64,000 nucleotides of DNA from Acidobacteriota bacterium (GCA_963666055.2 CAXWPH010000015.1:608001-672000), one strand, 5' to 3'; positions 38,282 through 48,672 are shown, counted from the first letter of the stretch. Numbers and translations are program-made. The notes: generated by a model from the letters alone, not told the origin.

Positions 38282-38935
38282 ATGACCAGTGGCCTTCCGC
38301 TGCACGAGTCACTGTGGCAGCAGAACCTCGACCTCGCTCGAGCGTGTCGCAGCCATCCGTTCATTCGCGGCCTCGCCGATGGCACGCTCGACCCCCAAGT
38401 CTTCCGGCGCTACGTTGCCCAGGACGCGTTCTTTCTGCGCGCCTTCATGGGTGCCTACGCACTCGCGGCCGCCAAGTGCTCACACCAGCTCGAGCTCGTG
38501 CGCCGCTTCCATCGCCTCATGGGCGGGGTCCTCGACGAGCTAGAGTTGCACGCCAGCTTCGCCGAGGCACTCAGCATCGACCTTGATGCTGTGGAGCCAT
38601 CGCCCGCGGCCTCAGCGTACACGGATTTTCTGACGCGCACCGCATGGACCGACGCGGTGGACGAGATCGTCGCCGCGATGACGCCCTGCATGCGCCTCTA
38701 CCGCTACCTGGGTCAGGAGATGGCAGGCGCCGACCACGCCAACAACCCGTATCGAGATTGGGTGGAGACCTACTCCAGCACCGGGTTCGGCGAGCTGGTC
38801 AAAGACCTGGAGGCGATCGTCGACGAGCTCGGCGTCGACAACAACGCGGTCCGACGCAACTATCGGTACGCGATGAGGTGCGAGCTGGATTTCTTTTCCG
38901 ACCCGCTCCGGGCCGCCACCGACGAGGGCACCTGA
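38282..38935 (+). CDS. tenA: TenA thiaminase II / aminopyrimidine aminohydrolase
   Basis: HPFIRGLADGTL, YVAQDAFFL, ELELH, YTDFL, MTPCMRLY, YRDWVETYS. Confidence 0.9.
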   Translation: MTSGLPLHESLWQQNLDLARACRSHPFIRGLADGTLDPQVFRRYVAQDAFFLRAFMGAYALAAAKCSHQLELVRRFHRLMGGVLDELELHASFAEALSIDLDAVEPSPAASAYTDFLTRTAWTDAVDEIVAAMTPCMRLYRYLGQEMAGADHANNPYRDWVETYSSTGFGELVKDLEAIVDELGVDNNAVRRNYRYAMRCELDFFSDPLRAATDEGT

Positions 38936-38970
38936 CAGCAACATACCTGCTGGGGCCATCGCTCGTGCGG

Positions 38971-40152
38971 CTATTCTTCGACAGGCTCCAACCGGTACAC
39001 CGGAGTCAGGTCGTCCCTTTCCTCGCCGTCGATGGCGACGTAAATATAGCCATCCGGCCCCTGGCGAACGTCGCGGACGCGACCCATCCCGAACATCAGC
39101 GTCTCCTCGAGATCGATGCTCTGGCCGTTCAGTGTCAACCGTGCCAGTTGCTCCCCCGACAGACCGCCGGCGAACATGCTGCCGCGCCAGTCCGGAAACC
39201 GGTCACCGGTGTAGATCATCTGGCCTGACGCCCCGATCGACGGAACCCAGACATGCGCCGGGTGTTGTACCCCTTCTCGCATCGTCCCCTCGTGGATCGC
39301 CAGGCCGCTCCCGTAGTTCACGCCGTAGCCGACCACCGGCCATCCGTAGTTCTCTCCCGGAAGCACGAGGTTGACCTCGTCGCCACCCTGCGGTCCGTGC
39401 TCAGTGATCCACACGTCGCCGGTGTCCGGGTCGATCACCAGGCCCTGGGGGTTGCGATGCCCGTAGCTCCAGATCTCCGGCCTCGCCCCCTCCTGGCCGA
39501 CGAACGGGTTGTTGTCGGGCACGCGGCCATCGTCGTGGAGCCGGTTCGTCGTCCCATGGTTGTTGGAGATGTCCTGGGCGGGGTGAGCCTCGAGGTCGCC
39601 GGTCGATGGAACCTGGCGATCGCCGACGGTGATGAAGAGGTAGCCGCCCGCATCGAATGCCAGGCGGCAACCATAATGGCCCCGGCCTCTGGTGTCGGCC
39701 TCGAAGATCTCCTCGACGTCGGTGAGGCGGTCGTTCTCGAAGCGGCCGCGAACCACGGCGCTGGTGGCCTCCGAGCCATCACCGATCGGCTTGGAGTAAC
39801 TCAAGTACAGCAGTCGGTTGGAGGCGAAGTCGGGATGCGGCACGACGTCCATTAGGCCGCCCTGCCCCTCGTAGTGGACCTCCGGGACACCGGCTACCGG
39901 GTCGGCGACGAGCGCTCCATCGCGGACGATGCGCAGGCGGCCAGCCTGCTCGGTGACCAGCATGTCGCCACCGGGGAGGAAGGCAATCGACCAGGGGTGC
40001 TCGAGCGCCTCGACTACGGTCACCACTCGGTAATCGTGGTAGGCGGACCGCATTACCGGCGACTCACCGGATGCCTGCGGTGGATTGGCGACAAGCGGCC
40101 CCCAAACCGAAAGCACCAACGCGGCGGCTACCGCGACGCGAATACGGACCAT
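38971..40152 (-). CDS. PQQ-dependent sugar (aldose) dehydrogenase, YliI/GSDH-like
   Basis: LEHPWSIAFLP, GQGGLMDV, SYGHRNPQG, EHGPQGGDE, RVRDVRQGPDG. Confidence 0.92.
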   Translation of the reverse strand: MVRIRVAVAAALVLSVWGPLVANPPQASGESPVMRSAYHDYRVVTVVEALEHPWSIAFLPGGDMLVTEQAGRLRIVRDGALVADPVAGVPEVHYEGQGGLMDVVPHPDFASNRLLYLSYSKPIGDGSEATSAVVRGRFENDRLTDVEEIFEADTRGRGHYGCRLAFDAGGYLFITVGDRQVPSTGDLEAHPAQDISNNHGTTNRLHDDGRVPDNNPFVGQEGARPEIWSYGHRNPQGLVIDPDTGDVWITEHGPQGGDEVNLVLPGENYGWPVVGYGVNYGSGLAIHEGTMREGVQHPAHVWVPSIGASGQMIYTGDRFPDWRGSMFAGGLSGEQLARLTLNGQSIDLEETLMFGMGRVRDVRQGPDGYIYVAIDGEERDDLTPVYRLEPVEE

Positions 40153-40378
40153 CTCAGTTCTCCTCAATCGAGAGTGTCATGCTGCGATACCGAAAGGACC
40201 GTCGCGGCGAGTCGGCTCGACTCACCCAGAGGGTTGCCTGTCTCTTCTAACCCTAGAGGGTTCCGTAGAAGCCTGCTGCCTTCTATGGGAGATTCTCGTA
40301 GTCGCATCGGAAAATCGAGACAATCGGAGTTTGCATGTTGCACGAGACAAGGGTGATCTGATCTCCGGGAGCGTGGTC

Positions 40379-40502
40379 ATGAGCAAACCGGTACGGCAGT
40401 TCAACGGCAGGCGCACACACCCGCGCGTTGCAGCCGCGATCCGAATCGAGGTGGTTCCGGACCGCTCTTCAGAGATCATTCGCGGCGTTACCCTGAACCT
40501 AG
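40379..40502 (+). pseudogene. PilZ-domain gene remnant ending at a family-A-like element end
   Basis: MSKPVRQFNGRRTHPR (RxxxR)...GVTLNL, then CTAG-CAGGCCG where the NxSxxG motif should finish. Confidence 0.55.
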
Positions 40503-40662
40503 CAGGCCGCAAGGGCGTTCGCTTAGGATCCCCGGTCAGACGGTGCACGGGCGCGTGACGCGTGTGTTGGAGCGGCTCACCGCGGCGGTAGAGTTCGCCA
40601 GCTTGCTCATCGTCATCGACCAGTCGCGCGAGCCCCTGCCGCGCCGACCCTCGCGGACACGC

Positions 40663-41781
40663 TCAGACCTTGGCCGCTGGCGGCCAGTAGGTGCGAAACT
40701 CGGCGCCGTGGCCCGGCCCCGCGGAACGTCCCTGTACGCGTCCCCCGGACGACAGCATCAGAGCGCGCACGATGTGGAGTCCGAGACCGGCCCCGCGTCC
40801 GGAGCGGCGCAGCTCGTCGCCCGGCCGGTAGAACTTGTCGAACAAACGTTCGGTGGCGCTCGGTTCAAATCCACGACCGTTGTCGACGACCTCCACGACA
40901 ACCTCGCCGGCTGCGGTGGTCGCCGACAGGCTCACCCTCGCGTCCACCGGTGTATCGCGAACCGCTTCGAAGGCGTTCTCGAGCAGGTTACGAACTACCG
41001 TCCGCAGCGCCGTCTCATCCGCCAAGATGGCGAGCGACTCTGGAATCTGCACCGCGAACGCGATCCCGCGGGCGGCAGCTCTCTCGGCGAACCCCGGCAG
41101 GAGCGGATCGAGAGCGAGCCTGACCGACAGCTGGGTCCGGTAGAACGTCAGTGCCCCCTCTTCGATTCGGGCACTCTCGAGCAGGTTGTCGACCATCGCC
41201 TGCAGTCGTTCCAATCCTCGTAGGACGCGCTCGACATGCCGCTGGCGGCCCTGGTGATCCAGGTCACGAAGTGCCAGTGTGTCGGCCGCCACCCTCGCGG
41301 CCGCAAGCGGGCTCTTGAACTCGTGGCTGACCGCGGCCAGAAAGTTGTCCTGTCGGCGGCGCAGCCGGGCTTCCTGGCGCAGCACCCGCGCGATCATCGA
41401 CAGCGCCGCCAGCAGAACCGCGAGGAAGAACCCGCCCTCCCAGAGGTAACGATTCAGGCGGCTTCGGCGCTGCGTCTCCAGGCGCGGCAGGACGGTCGCG
41501 TCGAGCTCCGCAACACCATCACGAACACCAACGTCATCGATCAGGCGCTCGACCTCGGCGGCAGGAACGCCGGCCTCGAGCAGGGCTTCGGCGATCGCCA
41601 GCCGCTCCTCATACAACCTGGAAAGCTGCGCGCGCACCTCGTCGGTGAACCACACCTGGTCCAGCATCCACCAGCCCAGCTGCGCGACGCTGATCACCAA
41701 CAACGCGGCGAATCCCCAGCGCACGAACAGCAGTCGCCGATCCACCTCGCCTCCCCGATTCACGGGCCGGCGCACAGGCAC
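40663..41781 (-). CDS. Sensor histidine kinase
   Basis: Two TM helices, VSHEFKSPL, NLLENA, DNGRGF, GAGLGL; start approximate. Confidence 0.92.
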   Translation of the reverse strand: MPVRRPVNRGGEVDRRLLFVRWGFAALLVISVAQLGWWMLDQVWFTDEVRAQLSRLYEERLAIAEALLEAGVPAAEVERLIDDVGVRDGVAELDATVLPRLETQRRSRLNRYLWEGGFFLAVLLAALSMIARVLRQEARLRRRQDNFLAAVSHEFKSPLAAARVAADTLALRDLDHQGRQRHVERVLRGLERLQAMVDNLLESARIEEGALTFYRTQLSVRLALDPLLPGFAERAAARGIAFAVQIPESLAILADETALRTVVRNLLENAFEAVRDTPVDARVSLSATTAAGEVVVEVVDNGRGFEPSATERLFDKFYRPGDELRRSGRGAGLGLHIVRALMLSSGGRVQGRSAGPGHGAEFRTYWPPAAKV

Positions 41782-41862
41782 GGCCCGAAACGGTCATTCT
41801 AGCGACCCAATGCTGGAATCGGTTGCATCGCCCGCCGAGCCGGCCCGTACGAGTAACGAGGA

Positions 41863-42624
41863 TCAGGCGGCTGATGCCGTCCGTCGGTACCGGAGGGACG
41901 CGTAGGTCAACCAAGCGAGTGGCATGGCCACCAGCATGTATGTGATGTACCGACCGTAGCGCCCGTCAGGGCCGTAGGGCTCGGTCGCCCAGTGCAACGG
42001 CTCGCTGTAAGGCAGGACGTTGGCTTCCGTGAGCTCATGGAACCCGTAGATCAACAGCTGCGCGACGAACACCAGCAGGAAGACGGCGGTAACCTGGAAG
42101 AAGAGCGCCAGGTTGACTCGATGACCGTAGCGCGACCACAGCCAGGCGATGCTCGCAGCAGTCAGGATGCCGCCGATGGCTCCAACGATGAGCGGGATCG
42201 ATTGGATCTGACGGAACAGCACGTTCATCAACAGCGCCGTCTCCATGCCCTCGCGCGTGATCATGAACAGCGTGAAGATGAACACGCCGAAGAGCGCTCC
42301 GCGCCCGTGGCTGCGCGCTGCGTCGCTCAGGTGCTGCTCGATGTTGCCCTTCAGATGCTTCGCCGCGCGCCACATGTGGACCGTCAACGAGCCCACCATG
42401 ACGGCCGCCACCAGCGCCAGGATTCCTTCCCAGAGTGCCTGGTTCGCCGCCCGGGCGAAGAACACGCCGGCGATGATGCTTACCACCACCGACACAGCAA
42501 CGCCCCAGTAGATCGCCGGCACCAACTGCGCGCGACCGCTCTTGCGGAGGTACGCAAGGCTGATGGCGATGATGAGGAAAGCCTCGAGACCCTCCCTCAG
42601 TGTGATGATGTAGGAACTCAGCAT
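41863..42624 (-). CDS. FTR1/EfeU-family iron permease
   Basis: Two RExxE motifs (LREGLE, TREGME), multiple TM helices. Confidence 0.92.
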   Translation of the reverse strand: MLSSYIITLREGLEAFLIIAISLAYLRKSGRAQLVPAIYWGVAVSVVVSIIAGVFFARAANQALWEGILALVAAVMVGSLTVHMWRAAKHLKGNIEQHLSDAARSHGRGALFGVFIFTLFMITREGMETALLMNVLFRQIQSIPLIVGAIGGILTAASIAWLWSRYGHRVNLALFFQVTAVFLLVFVAQLLIYGFHELTEANVLPYSEPLHWATEPYGPDGRYGRYITYMLVAMPLAWLTYASLRYRRTASAA

Positions 42625-42714
42625 CCGATTGCCGCCCCAAGCCGCGGCTACGCGGCCACTAAAATCTGCCCGAGCATTGGGTGATGAAGACAGTGCCAGC
42701 GAGATCAACTCGCT

Positions 42715-42733
42715 ATTGAGATCGCGTCTCAGT
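42715..42733. promoter_or_regulatory. Fur-like operator upstream of the iron permease
   Basis: 19-bp ATTGAGA-TCGCG-TCTCAGT palindrome. Confidence 0.55.
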
Positions 42734-42870
42734 AGCAGAGTACGGCCGGCAATCCCTGCCCGTCAAGACCCCGCCAGCGGCGACTCGCCCGACGGTCTTG
42801 TGTATGGTCAACCCCGACGCTCCCCCGAGCCATATCGTGCTGCCGGTGATGCCGCGCTAGGGCCTTCTAG

Positions 42871-42890
42871 CAGAGTTCTTCAGCACCCTG
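42871..42890. mobile_element. 20-bp family-C mini element with CTAG duplication
   Basis: CTAG-CAGAGTTCTTCAGCACCCTG-CTAG inside the palindromic site GCCTT-CTAG-AAGGC. Confidence 0.8.
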
Positions 42891-44621
42891 CTAGAAGGCG
42901 CTGTCGGCCAGCGTGATGACGCGGCCAGGAAGCGCCCCGGTCAGGCGGCCTTCCTCGACGACAGCCTCGCCCCCGACCAGCACCCACTCGACGCCCTCGG
43001 CAAACTGGTGCGGCTCGCTGAACGTCGCCCGGTCGCGAATCCTCTCGAGATCGAAGACCACGAGGTCCGCCACCAGGCCCTCACGTACCAGGCCCCGGTC
43101 GTTGAGCCGTAGCACCTGCGCCGGTAGCGATGTCGACGTGCGCACCGCCTGTGCGACGCTGAGCGCCCCCAGCTCGATCGCGTAGCGCCGAATCTTGCGT
43201 GGAAAAGTCCCGTAGTAGCGAGCGTGAACCGGAAGCTCATCCTCGACTACCGCGACGCCGGCGTCGGAAGCGGTCAGCGTGTAAGGCTCGGCCGCCAGAG
43301 CCTCGACGTCGACCTCGGCGAGCGAGAATCCGCGCAGGCGAGCGCCACCCGGGCGCGTCGTGAACCCCTCGAGCTGAAGAAGGATCGCCGCCTCGATGGG
43401 TTCGACCCCACGATCGCGGGCGAGCTGAGCGAGCGACTTGCCGACTTGTGTCGGGTCCGAGTACTCGAAGATGAAGATCTGCTCGGCCCCACCGCGGCGA
43501 TCGATCTCACGGCGGACGTCGCGCCCCAGGTCGGCACGGAGGGCGTCGTCGTCGAGGACATGGCGCAAAGTGGCGGCGTAATCGGGGTCGGCGGCTTCCT
43601 CGTCGCCACTCTCGCCCCAACGATCGTAGCCCAGCGCCCATGGCGGGATCAGCACTGTGTTGCCGTCGCTTCCCGTAGTCGTGTACGGGTACTGGTCTAA
43701 CCAGATCTCGACGCCGCGGGCGCGCGCCGTCCGCATCAAGTTGATGATGGCGCCGCTAGAGCCCCAGTAGTCGGCACCTTTCACCTTGATGTGGGTGGCC
43801 ACCGTGGGGACACGCGTGGACTCGGCGATAAGAATCGTCTCGACGATGTTGTCGAGCATTGTCGGCGGCCCGGGCTCATGCCGGCTCGGCAGATACCACA
43901 TGGGGTCGGCGCCCGAGGCACGCTCGTGCACGATGTACACGCCACCGGTATCGGTGAGCGTCGATACCAAACTGAGCACCTCGGAGGTATCGCTCCATCG
44001 CCCCGGTACGTATTCGAGCCCCGCGGACAGGCCGTAGGCGCCCTCGGCGATGCCCTGGCGCACCATGGCGGCCATGCGCCGCACCTCATCGTCGGTCGCC
44101 AGACGTCGAAAGTCGGGCCCGAGCACCTCGCGGCGAATGCTGTTGTGGCCCACCAGCAGAATGGTGTTGGGGCCGGTACCGAGGTCTTCCAGGGTGGCCC
44201 GTTGCCGGGCGATCGACAGCGGGCTGCCGCCGTCCTGATTGACCACCACCGTGGTGATGCCCTGGCTGACCAGGTTCGGTGCGCTGCGCTTGTGTGGATC
44301 CGGTGCACGCAGCCCGCTGCGTTCTCCGTCGGGACCATCGGCGTGCGAGTGCATGTCGATGAAGCCGGGGGCGACGATCTTACCAGCGACGTCGATCACG
44401 CGGTCGGCGGGCGCCCCACTCAGCCGCCCGACGGCAGCGATGCGCCCGTCCTTGATGCCAACGTCGGCGTAGCGCCATGGATTGCCCGTGCCGTCGAGTA
44501 CCCGGCCGCCGACGAGCAACAGGTCGTAGCCGTCGGCCGCGAGGGTCGAGCCACCGGTGGCGACGGCGAGCAACATCGTCAGTGCCAGCGCCCCGCCGTG
44601 GCCAACAATTCGCTCGTTCAT
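42891..44621 (-). CDS. Secreted N-acyl-D-amino-acid deacylase family amidohydrolase
   Basis: DGTGNPW, PGFIDMHSH, GLEYVPG, DQYPY, RYYGTFPR, ADLVVFD. Confidence 0.9.
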   Translation of the reverse strand: MNERIVGHGGALALTMLLAVATGGSTLAADGYDLLLVGGRVLDGTGNPWRYADVGIKDGRIAAVGRLSGAPADRVIDVAGKIVAPGFIDMHSHADGPDGERSGLRAPDPHKRSAPNLVSQGITTVVVNQDGGSPLSIARQRATLEDLGTGPNTILLVGHNSIRREVLGPDFRRLATDDEVRRMAAMVRQGIAEGAYGLSAGLEYVPGRWSDTSEVLSLVSTLTDTGGVYIVHERASGADPMWYLPSRHEPGPPTMLDNIVETILIAESTRVPTVATHIKVKGADYWGSSGAIINLMRTARARGVEIWLDQYPYTTTGSDGNTVLIPPWALGYDRWGESGDEEAADPDYAATLRHVLDDDALRADLGRDVRREIDRRGGAEQIFIFEYSDPTQVGKSLAQLARDRGVEPIEAAILLQLEGFTTRPGGARLRGFSLAEVDVEALAAEPYTLTASDAGVAVVEDELPVHARYYGTFPRKIRRYAIELGALSVAQAVRTSTSLPAQVLRLNDRGLVREGLVADLVVFDLERIRDRATFSEPHQFAEGVEWVLVGGEAVVEEGRLTGALPGRVITLADSAF

Positions 44622-47119
44622 GAGCCGCTCGTCAGCCTCTTGATCTCGTCGTCGTAACCGGTCATCTCCCAGCGCGTCAACGAGATCGGGATGAGACCCG
44701 CGGCCAGGAACTCGTCGATGAACTCGCGCAGATTGAATTCCGTCCCCAGCTGCATGGCGCGATCGCGGAACAGCTTCATGAAGTGCGCCTTGCCGAGGAC
44801 CACACCCGTGTGGAACGCCGGGAACCGCAGGTTGGACTCCATCTCGAACCAGACCATGGGTTCGTCTTCGTGCGACCAGCCATACGGCATGATCTCGGCA
44901 CAATAACGTCGCGCCTCGGCGAGCGTCATCTCGTTGCTGTGCATCTTGAAGTCCGGTAGCGACAGGCTCATGTGCGAGGCATTCATCAGATACTCGATCT
45001 CACGACCTCGCTGCGGTCGCTCGTCGAGCACGCCGGCCACCATCAGCAGCTCTTCGAGCGCCACTGCCCAGCCCTCGGTGCGCACCCAGTCCATGTTGTA
45101 TTGGCGCTCGACGCCACGAATCGGACGGTTGTCGAGCTCGGCTCGCTGGTAGTCGAACATGTGGCCGATGAACTCGTGTGTCTCGCCCGGCAGCACCTCA
45201 CGCTCGCGCGCCTTGTGGTCGATGCTGGGATTCTCCGGCAGCGGACCTCGCTCCTCGGATGGATCGCTGTAGTCGGTGGGGTCGAGCCAGTCCGGTACCG
45301 TGAGGATCTCTTCGTCGCGAAGAAACTCGACGACGTACGCGAGCGCCTCATCCAGCCGCTGATAGTACTTCTCTGCCGTGTCGGCGACCTCGAGAGGCGG
45401 TAGCTTGCGGTTGCGGTGCTCTTCGAGCTTCAGGAACGTGATGATGCGACTGTATTCGTGCTGCACGATGCCTTGCGCCTCTTCCCAGGTGTACGGGACC
45501 AGGTGCACGTTCTTCAGCCACCAGTTGTAGTTGTCGATCCCGATACCGGCTGGGCCGGTCATGCGGCTCTTGTTCAGCTCGATCCAGTGCCCGTATTCCT
45601 CGACCGCGTTGCGGGCGCGCTCGGCATCCTCGACCAGGTCTGGATGGTGCTCTCGCAAGCCAGCCGCGAGCCTCCCGTAGACCGACGCCTCGCGCTCGTA
45701 ATAGTGCAGCGCCAGCAACGCCAGATCCTCGGGCACGTCGACGAGGTTGCCCTGCGCTTGTTCGTACAGGCGCGGTACCGCACGCAACGAGGCGGTGAAC
45801 TCGGCCAGCCGATCAGTCGACAACGGAAACCGGGCTCGCCGCAACGCCGTGAACCCCGCCATCGCCGGTCCGCCACCGCCTTGCGTGGGCAGGTAGAAGA
45901 CCGGATCTCGCGACCAGGGCCGTAGCACGCGGTGATAGAAGTCCAGCCCGTTCATCTCCCCCCGCACCAGGTGGTAGTCGACCTTCTGCGAGACCGGCCA
46001 GGAGGCGATATCGAGCGCCGCCAACCGACGCTGGTACTCGCCGAGCTGGCGATGCTGGCGCGACATCGTCGCGGCGGTGTAGTCGGGCATGCCATCGATC
46101 ATCTCGGGCCCCTGAGAGGCACGGAACTCTTCGAACAGCGCCACCAGGTCCTCGTAGCGGCTGCCCACCGATGCCGTCTCGCCGCCGACGGCGAAGGGCG
46201 CGAAGTGCTCCTGCAGCAATTCGTTGAGCGCCTCTGCGGCCTGTTCCGGCACCCAGTGGCCCACCCCCTCGAGAATCTCGAATCGGTACGGCCCCTCGAC
46301 GAAGCTTGCGGTGAGCTCGGCACCCTCACGCCCCAACGCGACGTCGTCGGTGCTCCATACGTACATGGTCGGCATGGCGATGGGCGTGACCTGGCCGGCG
46401 CCGGTCTGCAGATTCATGGCCCGATACCAGTTCAACGCCGCACCGAGAGCTTCGCGGGTGCCGAGCAAGTCGACGTATTCCTGTATCTCGCTCGGGCTCA
46501 GCCCGGCGCCGCCGTAAATCCCCCGCAGCATCGCCGCATCGTTGGCCAGGAAGAGATCCTCCGACCCGTCTGCGCGGAATACGTCCATGTACCCGGACAT
46601 CTGCGCCTGCTGTCCTTCCGGGTCGGCTAGCGCCTGGCCGAACGCGTACGGGTGCGGAACGGAGATCGGCACCAGCGAGAGCACGCGATCCGGGTGCATG
46701 AGACCCACGAACCACGCCACGGCCGCGCCCCAGTCATGACCGACGATGTGGAAGGTGTCTGCACCCACCGCGTCGGCCATGCCGATGATGTCCGCGACCA
46801 GGTTAGGAATGGTGTAGGCCTCGACACCTTGTGGACGCGCCCCGGGCGAGTAGCCACGCTGGTTGGGTGCTATCACCCGGAAACCCATCGAGGCGAGCTT
46901 GGGAAGCTGATGGCGCCACTCGAAGGAGGCCTGAGGAAAGCCATGCAGCATGAACACCACCGGCCCGTCTTCCGGCCCGGCTACCAAGGCATCGAAGACG
47001 AGCTCGCCGACTTCGATTTTCACTTTGTCGGCCATCGAGAACCCGGCCGTTGGAGACACCACGGTCAGCAACAACGCCACGATCGTTAACACCGCAGCAC
47101 GACAAGCAACTCTGTTCAT
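44618..47119 (-). CDS. Secreted fusion: epoxide-hydrolase-like alpha/beta hydrolase plus DUF885-like domain
   Basis: HGFPQ, GHDWGA, NWYRA, GHW then VDYHLVRGEM...RPWSRDP, ETHEFIGH, RTEGWA, G.IPISLTRWEM. Confidence 0.8.
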   Translation of the reverse strand: MNRVACRAAVLTIVALLLTVVSPTAGFSMADKVKIEVGELVFDALVAGPEDGPVVFMLHGFPQASFEWRHQLPKLASMGFRVIAPNQRGYSPGARPQGVEAYTIPNLVADIIGMADAVGADTFHIVGHDWGAAVAWFVGLMHPDRVLSLVPISVPHPYAFGQALADPEGQQAQMSGYMDVFRADGSEDLFLANDAAMLRGIYGGAGLSPSEIQEYVDLLGTREALGAALNWYRAMNLQTGAGQVTPIAMPTMYVWSTDDVALGREGAELTASFVEGPYRFEILEGVGHWVPEQAAEALNELLQEHFAPFAVGGETASVGSRYEDLVALFEEFRASQGPEMIDGMPDYTAATMSRQHRQLGEYQRRLAALDIASWPVSQKVDYHLVRGEMNGLDFYHRVLRPWSRDPVFYLPTQGGGGPAMAGFTALRRARFPLSTDRLAEFTASLRAVPRLYEQAQGNLVDVPEDLALLALHYYEREASVYGRLAAGLREHHPDLVEDAERARNAVEEYGHWIELNKSRMTGPAGIGIDNYNWWLKNVHLVPYTWEEAQGIVQHEYSRIITFLKLEEHRNRKLPPLEVADTAEKYYQRLDEALAYVVEFLRDEEILTVPDWLDPTDYSDPSEERGPLPENPSIDHKAREREVLPGETHEFIGHMFDYQRAELDNRPIRGVERQYNMDWVRTEGWAVALEELLMVAGVLDERPQRGREIEYLMNASHMSLSLPDFKMHSNEMTLAEARRYCAEIMPYGWSHEDEPMVWFEMESNLRFPAFHTGVVLGKAHFMKLFRDRAMQLGTEFNLREFIDEFLAAGLIPISLTRWEMTGYDDEIKRLTSGS

Positions 47120-47323
47120 GGGTTCGTCCTCGAGTAGCGGAGCATCGCTCACAACCGAGTCTGCCAGAATTCGGCGCGGACGGCGAAGGTGGTCGCTGGA
47201 CGCGGCGCGGACCGACGTCACGCTCTCGGGCCGGTGACTTTCTTGCTCCGCGCGGGTAGCCTTTCGTCGCGAAACGGGTTGCAGGCAGCGGCCCTCCGAC
47301 AAGACAACCGATGAGGAACCTCG

Positions 47324-48664
47324 ATGACAGCAGCGATCGGCCGGATTCGGCGGTCCTCGGCGTTGCGCCTTGGCGTTGCCTGCGGCGCGTCTATGCTGGG
47401 GCTCGTGTCCGCTTCCGCACAATGGACGCCGCTGGCCCGTGGCAGCGACAACATCCAAGTCGTGTCGCACCTGCCGCTCGGGCCACGGATCAGCGTCGCC
47501 GACATCGAGCTCGAGCAGGAGCTGTCGCGCCCGTACGTATATGTGGCCCGCATGGTGTACGGCGACGTCGGCGAGAAGGGCACCGACATCATCAGCATCG
47601 AGGACCCGGAGCACCCGAGGGTCATCTACCGCTGGCGAATTGAGGACCAGGACCTGCACCTGGATACCGGCGGCATGGACGTGAAGTACTTCAAATGGAG
47701 CGACCGCTACTACGTCGTGCAGTCGTTGCAGTTCGGCCAGGGCGGCCCCAACACGGACCTCGGTGCCGTTGTCCTCGACGTAACCGAGCTTCCCGATGCC
47801 GACGCGGTCAGCGAGGTGGCGCGTATCCGGGCGCCCGACCAGCCGCGCGGCTTCCACAACATCTTCATCTACAAGCACTCCAACGGTCGGGTGTTGCTGT
47901 TCGCCACCACCGAGGGCTCGTCGGTGCATGTGTACGACCTCGGCCACGTGGTCGAGGGCAAGATGAACGACGCGTTGGTGGCCAAGGTGCAGGCTGGGCC
48001 GTCGCCGGGTCCCTTTTCCAGCTATCACGACATGTACGTCGGCTACCACGTCGACAGCCAGCAGGATCGCTTCTACGGCGCCGGTACCGGTGGCTACTAC
48101 GTGTACGACGTCACCGATCTGGAGAACCCCGCACTCCTGGTATCGCTCTCTGGAATCGAGGGGGTGACCGCCGGCCACACCTTCACGCCCACCCCTGACG
48201 GTCGCTACGTGGTCGCCGAGAGCGAGTACCGCTACGCGCCCTTACGCATCTTCGACCTCAAGCCGGGGCTGGACGGCGACGTTGCCAACATCTCGGTGCC
48301 GATCTCGGCATGGACCGCCAACTGGCAGTACCTGGTGCACAACCACGAAATTCGCTGGCCGTTCGTCTTCGTCTCCGGCTACATGGACGGGCTGCAAGTG
48401 TTCAGCATCATGGATCCGTCCAACCCGGTCACCGTCGGTTACTACGCCACCTATGTCGGGCCGGAAAATCCCGATGTGTATCCGACCGACAATGGTGCGT
48501 TCGGGGTCGATGTTCGCAACGCCGACGGGCTGATCGTGATCAGCGACATGACCACCGGCTTCTGGGCCTTCCGCATGGAGGGTTTCCAAGGCTGGAACGG
48601 CGCCGACTGGGGCATGCCCAACATCTCGAGCGTGCAGGACTGGAGCGCCGGTCCGCAGCCATAG
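47324..48664 (+). CDS. LVIVD-repeat / choice-of-anchor-B-like secreted beta-propeller
   Basis: GFHNIF, YHDMY, LVHNHE, GLQVF...PVTVGYY, SDMTTGFW. Confidence 0.75.
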   Translation: MTAAIGRIRRSSALRLGVACGASMLGLVSASAQWTPLARGSDNIQVVSHLPLGPRISVADIELEQELSRPYVYVARMVYGDVGEKGTDIISIEDPEHPRVIYRWRIEDQDLHLDTGGMDVKYFKWSDRYYVVQSLQFGQGGPNTDLGAVVLDVTELPDADAVSEVARIRAPDQPRGFHNIFIYKHSNGRVLLFATTEGSSVHVYDLGHVVEGKMNDALVAKVQAGPSPGPFSSYHDMYVGYHVDSQQDRFYGAGTGGYYVYDVTDLENPALLVSLSGIEGVTAGHTFTPTPDGRYVVAESEYRYAPLRIFDLKPGLDGDVANISVPISAWTANWQYLVHNHEIRWPFVFVSGYMDGLQVFSIMDPSNPVTVGYYATYVGPENPDVYPTDNGAFGVDVRNADGLIVISDMTTGFWAFRMEGFQGWNGADWGMPNISSVQDWSAGPQP

Positions 48665-48672
48665 GCTCCCTC

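Noticed and set aside
44618-48178. 1186-aa ORF as listed in the track
   Set aside because: The first ~350 aa are the antisense shadow of the LVIVD gene; the real start is at about 47119.
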